The position numbers were made by a program, and so were the translations under genes. The notes beneath the pieces are model-generated. The model saw only the letters and a list, made by a program, of their open reading frames with translations. It was not told the origin of the DNA and did no database searches. From assembly GCA_965205655.1 (NCBI GenBank), contig CBDBIJ010000029.1, positions 1 through 64,000 of the forward strand: a stretch of 64,000 nt of DNA, read 5' to 3'. Source of the DNA: Candidatus Latescibacterota bacterium. GTDB lineage: Bacteria > Latescibacterota > UBA2968 > UBA8231. The stretch's first letter is position 1, and each line of letters begins with the position of its first letter. This document shows positions 57,240 to 64,000 of the stretch, in pieces.

Positions 57240-57551
57240 TCAGCCCGAACTACGCTGCTGGATTTCAGCGGCCGTCGCCTTTTCGGCTTCGGCCTCGGCA
57301 ATCATACCCTTGCGCTGGTAGATGATGGAGAGACTGGTGTGGGTGAGAAAATCGTCCGGGTTGCACTCGGCCGCCCGCTTCGCCGCCTCGAGGGCGGAAT
57401 CATAGTCGCCCAGCTTTTCGTAGGCGTGGGCCAGAGACTGGTGCACATCGCCGAAATCCGGATCGATTTCAAGGGCTCGCTGAAAGTCGGCGATCGAAGC
57501 CTCGAACTCCTGCTGAACGAATTTCGCCATGCCGCTCTTGTAGAGAGACAT
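57240..57551 (-). CDS. Small TPR-repeat protein
   Basis: A...F..ALEIDPD...LA..Y..LG.Y..A TPR repeats. Confidence 0.85.
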   Translation of the reverse strand: MSLYKSGMAKFVQQEFEASIADFQRALEIDPDFGDVHQSLAHAYEKLGDYDSALEAAKRAAECNPDDFLTHTSLSIIYQRKGMIAEAEAEKATAAEIQQRSSG

Positions 57552-57576
57552 CCTGTCCTCCGCCTCGCCACCCACG

Positions 57577-58228
57577 TCAGTTTGCCCTGGTAAGGGATTC
57601 GAGCTGCTGAACGATGTCCTCAAACACGGCATCGGGAGAGGCCGTGCCGTCGACGAGGACGAGCTGCTTCAGGGAGGCAAAATGCCCGATTACTGCATCC
57701 GTTTCTTGGTGGAAGATGCTGAGGCGCTTGAGCACCACATCGTCGCGGTCATCACCCCGCTGCTGGAGCCGGGCGAGGATCTCGGGAGCGGGTGTGTCGC
57801 CGTCGAAGTTGAGGTTGTAGGTCCGGCCCGTTTCCGGATCGAGGCGGCGGCCGGAAAGACGGGTTATGACGACCTCGTCCGGTACCCGGATCAGGATTAT
57901 CCCGTCCAGAGTGAGCTCCTTTGTCGCCATGATGTCGTCGAAGGACTCCATCTGTCGCTTCGTCCTCGGGTAACCGTCCATCATGAACCCGTTCTTCGCA
58001 TCATCTCTCGAAAGACGCTCTTCGACGAGCGAGGTGACATGGTGGTCCGGCACGAGTCGGCCGGCTCCCAGGTAGTGTTTCCACGAGCTGACCGAGGTCG
58101 GTGCGGGCGGCCACGGCCTCGCGCAGCATCTCTCCGGTCGAGATGTGGGCGAGGTGATAGTGGTTCTCAAGGCGCGCCGCCTGGGTCCCCTTGCCGGAAC
58201 CAGGTGCGCCGAGCAGAATCAGATGCAA
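57577..58228 (-). CDS. adk: Adenylate kinase, one apparent frameshift (~58080)
   Basis: [20 protein letters not shown] / G.LVPD, DGYPR, RLSGRR, QRGDD. Confidence 0.92.
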
Positions 58229-58445
58229 GAATCGTCCCCCATAGTGAAACCACGAATTTCAATATGTAACCAATACCCGAAGGTTTCGCAAGTTCATGTC
58301 TGCACTGTACATTCTGATCACCGTCGCCCGGCGCCCAGTGGATGGATCTGCGACAGATGGCGCCGTAGATTTTCAAGGCGCGCCGGCCCCTTCGCGATGC
58401 TCGCCGTTGCCGAGGGCGCCGACAGCCTAGCTCACCAATGGAGAG

Positions 58446-59589
58446 ATGATTGTGAGCCCCACTTTCCTCACCCTGACCGCGGCGCTCCTGCTGGCGGTCC
58501 CGGCCTGGGCCCAGCTCATCGAGCGTCTCGTCGACATAGAGCCACTCAGCTACGTGGCCTACCGTGCCCTTTCCCGGATCGAGGTCGACGGGCGTCTCGA
58601 CGAACCCTCGTGGCAGCGGGTTCCGTGGACGGGGGAGTTCATCGACATAGAAGGGGCCGACGAAGCGCCCGCACCGCCTTTGCGCACGCGCGCGAAAATG
58701 ATCTGGGACGACGACTATTTCTATGTCGCCGCCGACATCGAGGAACCCCAGCTGTGGGGCTTCGGTGACCGAACGCGACGATTTCATTTACCACGACAAC
58801 GATTTCGAGGTCTTCATCGATCCCGATGGGGACACGCACGAATACTACGAATACGAGATCAACGCCTTCGGCACATCCTGGGATCTGTTCCTCGTCAAGC
58901 CGTATCGGGACGGCGGTCCCTTCATGAGCGCCTGGGACATTAAGGGTATGAAAAAGGCGGTTCAGGTGTGGGGCACCGTCAACGATCCCAGGGATGAGGA
59001 CGAGGGCTGGACCGTCGAGCTCGCTTTTCCGTGGTCGGTTCTCAAGGAGTGCGCCCACCGGCCGGCTCCCCCCAGGGACGGCGACCAGTGGCGCGTCAAT
59101 CTGATACGCGTCCAGTGGCCGCTGGAGTCCGAACAGGACCTCGAAGGCTACGCCAAGATCGACGGAGCGAAAGCGGCGCTCTGGGTGTGGTCACCCCAGG
59201 GGTTGATGGATATGCATTATCCCGAGCAATGGGGGTTCGTGCAGTTCTTGAGCCAGCGTTCAGGGAGTGCTCGAGTGAGCTTCGAACCGCCACCCGAGCG
59301 GGAGGCGCGGCGGTTGCTGCGCGAAATCTACTACCGTCAGCGCCAATTTCATCAACGCACTGGAGCCTACGCCGACAGCCTGGCCGAGCTCGGGATCGGT
59401 CATCGCATTCTCAGGGATTTCCTGTGGCCGCCCGAGATGCAGGCGACAGACCACATGTTCGAAGCATCGCTCGAGGAGGTCGTTGACCTGAATGAGGACG
59501 GCAAAATCAGCCGCTGGTTGATCCGCCACGACTCGAAAGCGTGGAAGGAGGAGGCAGGGGGACGCCGACCACAGGGCACGGACCAGTAG
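58446..59589 (+). CDS. Carbohydrate-binding family 9-like (DOMON-like) secreted protein, frameshift near 58758
   Basis: VDGRLDE..W, TRAKMIWDD, DNDFEVFIDPDGD, YYEYEINA, WDL, WTVELAFPW. Confidence 0.85.
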
Positions 59590-59594
59590 GACGA

Positions 59595-61508
59595 TCAAGC
59601 GCCGGCCGGTTCAGGCTCGGCGGCGGCCCGACCCCTGCGGGCGTGGAGAATGACCATGAGCGACGAAACGTCGGCCGGCGAGACCCCGGAGATCCTCGAT
59701 GCCTGGCCCAGGGTTCGCGGCCTCACAGCCCTCAGTTTCTGGCGCGCCTCTGTGGACAGCTGGCCAGCCTCGGCGTCGTAGTCGAAGTCATGTGGCAGGG
59801 CCAGCGACTCCAATCGTTTCAGCTTCTCGACCATCGTCCCCTGGCGCTCGATGTAGCCGGCGTATTTGATCTCCGCCTCAAGATGCTCGGCGGCGTCCGC
59901 GGAGACAGCGATCGCCGGCGGTGAGAGCTGCGCCACATCCCCATAGCTCAACTCGGGCCTTCTGAGCAGGTCGACGAGCAATGCGGACTCTTTGAGGGGC
60001 GCTGTGCCGCGGCGGCGCAGCAGCTCATTCGTGCGCTCGCCGGCGCTGACGCGGGCGGCACTGAGTCGGCTGAGCTCCGCATCCACCGCCCTCTTCTTGG
60101 CGCCGAACGCCGTCCACATCTCGTCATCCACGAGCCCGAAGCGGCGACCCTGCTCCATGAGTCGAAAGTCGGCATTGTCTTCCCGAAGCAGGAGTCGAAA
60201 CTCCGCCCTCGAAGTGAAAATTCGGTAGGGCTCCTCGGTGCCCTTCGTCACCAGATCGTCGATGAGGACGCCGATGTAGGCCTGCGACCGGTCGAGCACA
60301 AAGGGCTCCTCACCGCGGGCCTTGAGCGCGGCGTTGATCCCGGCCATCAAACCCTGCGATCCAGCCTCTTCGTAACCGGTGGTGCCGTTGATTTGGCCGG
60401 CGAAGAACAGGCTGGCGACCCTCTTCGTCTCCAGCCATGAATACAGCTGCGTCGGCGGTGCGAAATCATACTCCACGGCATACGCGGCCCGCATGATCTC
60501 GGCTCGCTCGAGGCCGGGGATGGTGCGCAGGATGGTGAGTTGCACCTCCTCGGGCAGGCTCATCGACAGCCCGTTGATGTAAAACTCGAGGGTGCGCACG
60601 CCCTCCGGTTCCACGAAAATCTGATGGCGATCCCGCTCGCCGAACTTCACCACTTTGTCCTCGATCGAGGGACAGTAGCGCGGCCCGATGCCCTCGATCC
60701 GACCGCTATACATGGCGGAGCGTGACAGGTTGTCGCGTATGAGCTCGTGGGTGCGCTCGTTCGTATAGGTGATCCAGCAGGGAAGCTGTGGCAGCACAGG
60801 CGCTTCCATCTTGTACGAGAATAGCCGCGGCGGTTCGTCGCCGCGCTGCTCTTCGAGGCGGTCGAAGGCGATGGTCCTGCCGTTGACCCGCGGCGGGGTG
60901 CCGGTTTTCAGTCGGCCGATTTCGAAACCTATCCCCGCCAGCCCGGCAGCGGCTTTGTCGGCGGCGCCCTCGCCGGCTCGTCCCGCCACGTACGAGAAAT
61001 CCCCCACGTGGACCTTGCCGCGCAAGAAGGTTCCGGTTGTGAGAACGACTGCCCGGCCGCCGTAGCAGGTCCCGCCCTTGACCGCCACACCCGTGACGCG
61101 GCCGCTTTCGACGATGAGCTGTTCCATGAGCCCCTGGCGCAGGTCGAGGTGCTCCTGCTGCTCGCAGACGTACTTCAGCTCGAATTGGTAGGTCTTCTTG
61201 TCGCACTGCGCCCGCGTCGCTCGCACCGCCGGGCCTTTGCTCGTATTGAGGCGCCGGAACTGAATGCCGCTGCGATCGGTGTTGAGCGCCATCTGCCCAC
61301 CGAGGGCGTCGATCTCCTTCACCATATGACCCTTGCCGATGCCGCCGATGGCGGGGTTGCAGGACATCTGGCCAATGGTGTCGAGATTCATGGTGAGCAG
61401 CAGGGTCTCGGCACCCATGCGGGCGGCTGCGAGGGCGGCCTCGGTGCCGGCGTGACCGCCACCGACGACGATGACGTCATACGACTTGTGATAGGGGGTA
61501 GTGGACAT
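59595..61508 (-). CDS. mnmG: tRNA uridine-5-carboxymethylaminomethyl modification enzyme MnmG
   Basis: [48 protein letters not shown]. Confidence 0.97.
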   Translation of the reverse strand: MSTTPYHKSYDVIVVGGGHAGTEAALAAARMGAETLLLTMNLDTIGQMSCNPAIGGIGKGHMVKEIDALGGQMALNTDRSGIQFRRLNTSKGPAVRATRAQCDKKTYQFELKYVCEQQEHLDLRQGLMEQLIVESGRVTGVAVKGGTCYGGRAVVLTTGTFLRGKVHVGDFSYVAGRAGEGAADKAAAGLAGIGFEIGRLKTGTPPRVNGRTIAFDRLEEQRGDEPPRLFSYKMEAPVLPQLPCWITYTNERTHELIRDNLSRSAMYSGRIEGIGPRYCPSIEDKVVKFGERDRHQIFVEPEGVRTLEFYINGLSMSLPEEVQLTILRTIPGLERAEIMRAAYAVEYDFAPPTQLYSWLETKRVASLFFAGQINGTTGYEEAGSQGLMAGINAALKARGEEPFVLDRSQAYIGVLIDDLVTKGTEEPYRIFTSRAEFRLLLREDNADFRLMEQGRRFGLVDDEMWTAFGAKKRAVDAELSRLSAARVSAGERTNELLRRRGTAPLKESALLVDLLRRPELSYGDVAQLSPPAIAVSADAAEHLEAEIKYAGYIERQGTMVEKLKRLESLALPHDFDYDAEAGQLSTEARQKLRAVRPRTLGQASRISGVSPADVSSLMVILHARRGRAAAEPEPAGA

Positions 61509-61512
61509 GCTC

Positions 61513-61788
61513 TCAGGTACTTTCACCGCCACGCCTGTCGAATTTCTCCTCGAGCTCTCGCACCAGCGTGTCGAGAAGCTCCTGAGGCTCGCCGTCGCGT
61601 TCGAGTTTGTCGGTCCAGCGCCACTGGTCGAGGTAGTCGTCCGAGCCCTCGAGGCCCTCCTCCATGGCGACCCGGTCGATCTCCAGTTGAAACTTGCCGG
61701 GCATGGGTTTCGAGAGCGGCCTGCGGCCGTCGAAGACGCGAACCTGCGCGGGGATTTCCCTCCAGTAGAGGATCTGGTACTCGGCCAT
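61513..61788 (-). CDS. So-called virulence-factor (CvfA-like, PF13769-type) domain protein
   Basis: [11 protein letters not shown]...F...IDRVAM...SDDYLDQW. Confidence 0.8.
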   Translation of the reverse strand: MAEYQILYWREIPAQVRVFDGRRPLSKPMPGKFQLEIDRVAMEEGLEGSDDYLDQWRWTDKLERDGEPQELLDTLVRELEEKFDRRGGEST

Positions 61789-61790
61789 GA

Positions 61791-62801
61791 TCAGTTCGTT
61801 CCGGTTGTGTCTGCGGCGATCGCGTCGCGAAAGGAACGGATGTGTTCCGGCCTCGTTCCACAGCAACCGCCGATGACGGAAGCCCCAGCGCCGACCAGGT
61901 CGGGTACGAGGGCAGCCATCTCCTCCGGAGACTGATCGTACACCGTGAGCTGACGCTTGTCGAGGCGCGGCATGCCGGCGTTCGGATACGCCATCAGGAA
62001 CTTGCCGGAAACCCCCCTCTCATCGAGAGCCTGTTTGAGTTGCTCGATGCCGCTCACGGCGTACGGCATGCCGGTGTGTTCCGGCCGGCGTTGCTCGGCG
62101 CCGCAGTTCAGGCCGAGGATGTGAACGTCGTCAACCAGGTTATCACCCTGAGAAAATTCGCCAGAGGACAGAATGTCGATCATGTCAGCAGCCGAGTGAC
62201 CCCAGTCGGTGCGGTAGACGATTTCGCCGGTGGCGCGATCTGCGGTGAACTTGTAGGTCAGGTTGAGGGCTATGGGGACGTCGAACTGACGCGCCACATC
62301 GACGGCGAGGGCCGCTTCTTTGGCGGAGAACATGGTTTCGAGGCAGAGCAGGTCGACGCCGCCATCCACCAGGATAGCGGCGACCCGCTCGTGTGCCCGC
62401 CGTGCCTTCTCGTTGGCAATGCCGAATTCGGTATCGCCGCTGTCGGCCTCGATGGCCCCCGGCGACGGTCCGAGGGAACCGGCGATGTAGACTTCACGCT
62501 CGCTACGCGCACACGCGGCCCGAGCTCGCTCGACGGCCAGAGCGACAATGTGCTCCACTTCGTCACCTTCCTTGCCGGCCATCTCGAGATGGAGCGGTGA
62601 GGCGACGAAGGTGTTCGTCTGCACGATGTCGGCGCCCGCCTCGATATAGTCATGCGTGGCCCCGACGACCACATCGCCGTGGGACTCGTTGGCCAACGAG
62701 CTGTTGGCCAGCTCCACGCCCCGGGCGAAGAGCTCGCTGCCGAACCCGCCGTCGTAGAGCATCGGCTCTCCCGAGGCCAGTCTTTCGAGAAAGGGTTTCA
62801 C
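61791..62801 (-). CDS. Homocysteine S-methyltransferase domain protein (stand-alone)
   Basis: DGGFGSEL, AGAD..TNTF, ETM, GLNC, PNAG.P, GGCCGT.P.HI zinc ligands. Confidence 0.9.
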   Translation of the reverse strand: MKPFLERLASGEPMLYDGGFGSELFARGVELANSSLANESHGDVVVGATHDYIEAGADIVQTNTFVASPLHLEMAGKEGDEVEHIVALAVERARAACARSEREVYIAGSLGPSPGAIEADSGDTEFGIANEKARRAHERVAAILVDGGVDLLCLETMFSAKEAALAVDVARQFDVPIALNLTYKFTADRATGEIVYRTDWGHSAADMIDILSSGEFSQGDNLVDDVHILGLNCGAEQRRPEHTGMPYAVSGIEQLKQALDERGVSGKFLMAYPNAGMPRLDKRQLTVYDQSPEEMAALVPDLVGAGASVIGGCCGTRPEHIRSFRDAIAADTTGTN

Positions 62802-63901
62802 TTCGCAGTCGGTTCAGCTCGGGCTTTGTTCTTTTTCCTGCGACGGGGTTGTGGCCCATAGTCGCCGAGCTCGCCCTGGCGCCAGGCGCCTATGTAGTTG
62901 GCGCAGTGCTCGTCCCTGCCCATGAGCACATCTTCGGCCAGCTCATACGGACGCGACTGGCGGTCGAGCGCAAAGACTTCATCCGGCCGGCTGGTCACCG
63001 GGTCGATGATACCGCTATTGGCGCCGGCCTCAACGGCCAGAATCATGAAGACGTCATTGATCATCTTGCGGCTGGGGATTCCGAAAGAGACGTTGCTCAT
63101 GCCGCCGCTGATATGGATGGCCGGGCCGTATTTCGCTCTGAGCTGTCGAATGGCATCGAAAGCGTGGAGCCCGAATTGGCTGTCGACGGAGATGGGGAAG
63201 TAGAGGGGATCGACGAACACGTCCTCCAGGGCGATCCCCTTCTCCAGGGCCGTGTCGATGACGCTTGAGGCGTTGTCGATGCGCTCCTCCGCGCTCTGGG
63301 GCATGCCGCTGTCGCCGGAAGCGGTGACGACGACGCGGGCGTCGTTCGAGACCGCCAGATCGAGCACATCGAGACGCTCGAGGGATGCCGAGTTGAGGAG
63401 TGGACGGCCCCTGCCTCCATCGACGGTCGCTTCGATACCCACCCGAAGTACATCGGCATTCGACGAGTCGACGGAAACGGGAACATCCGTCATCTCCTGA
63501 ACGATTTTCACGAGCCAGATCATGGCCGTCTCCTGATCCTTGGGCTTCAAGGAGATCTCGTCCACGTTCAGGTCGAGAAAATCGGCGCCAGCCTGCTCCT
63601 GCCGTTGCACCTGGCGGCGGAGGTAGGCCATTCCCTCCGCGCTCGCTGCTCCGTCCTCCGACATGGCCGCCTGGATGGCGATCTTCATGTGCTTCACCCG
63701 GCCTTCTTCGTAGTCCTGCGTTTTCTTGAACTCTTCTGGGATGGGGAGGAAGCGCGGCTCTCCGTCGGTCGATCTGTAGCGAATGGCATCGGTGCCATCG
63801 TCGGTCGTGGTGACCAGTTTGCCGCGGCGCATGACTACGCGAGTGGTGTGGATGTTTTCACCGATGATGACGAAATCGATATCGGGGGCCCGCAGTTTCA
63901 T
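62798..63901 (-). CDS. Pterin-binding methyltetrahydrofolate:corrinoid methyltransferase (stand-alone)
   Basis: IIGENIH, DFLDLNVD, SVDSS, LNSAS, DPL, GMSNVSFG. Confidence 0.88.
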   Translation of the reverse strand: MKLRAPDIDFVIIGENIHTTRVVMRRGKLVTTTDDGTDAIRYRSTDGEPRFLPIPEEFKKTQDYEEGRVKHMKIAIQAAMSEDGAASAEGMAYLRRQVQRQEQAGADFLDLNVDEISLKPKDQETAMIWLVKIVQEMTDVPVSVDSSNADVLRVGIEATVDGGRGRPLLNSASLERLDVLDLAVSNDARVVVTASGDSGMPQSAEERIDNASSVIDTALEKGIALEDVFVDPLYFPISVDSQFGLHAFDAIRQLRAKYGPAIHISGGMSNVSFGIPSRKMINDVFMILAVEAGANSGIIDPVTSRPDEVFALDRQSRPYELAEDVLMGRDEHCANYIGAWRQGELGDYGPQPRRRKKNKARAEPTAK

Positions 63902-64000
63902 CCTATGGCGCTACTTTCTGGCGCCCGGCTTCCTCGGTGCCCTGTGGTGGGTCGGTGTCCCGAGCGGGAGTCGGCTCTTTCGCAGGGGCAGAATCCTTCT

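Noticed and set aside
63903..64000. 3' end of an upstream minus-strand gene
   Set aside because: Low-complexity tail only; too short to assign a product

Overview
GC-rich bacterial chromosome segment; the gene content suggests an uncultured FCB-group lineage such as Latescibacterota (inference only). It holds housekeeping blocks (rsmB-PASTA-rpe, ffh-rpsP-rimM-trmD-rplS, recJ, apgM, adk, dus, mnmG, nfo, hemJ) and an amt-glnK-mgdABCD(sox-like)-gmaS cluster for methylamine-nitrogen use. There are four intact IS elements of four families (IS256, IS30, IS3, IS1182), two of which split genes. A CxxU selenoprotein is missing from the ORF track. Other loci are a lipoprotein/L,D-transpeptidase locus, an HDOD-PAS/HisKA-NTT/HEAT/cNMP signalling operon and part of a split B12 methyltransferase system. 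The most unusual gene is a chimeric channel: a Venus-flytrap amino-acid-binding domain, then a pentameric ligand-gated ion channel (Pro-loop) extracellular domain, then an MscS pore. Many single-base frameshifts, including one in adk, most likely reflect long-read assembly indels. No rRNA, tRNA or CRISPR array was seen. Product calls come from motif recognition by eye, with no database search.
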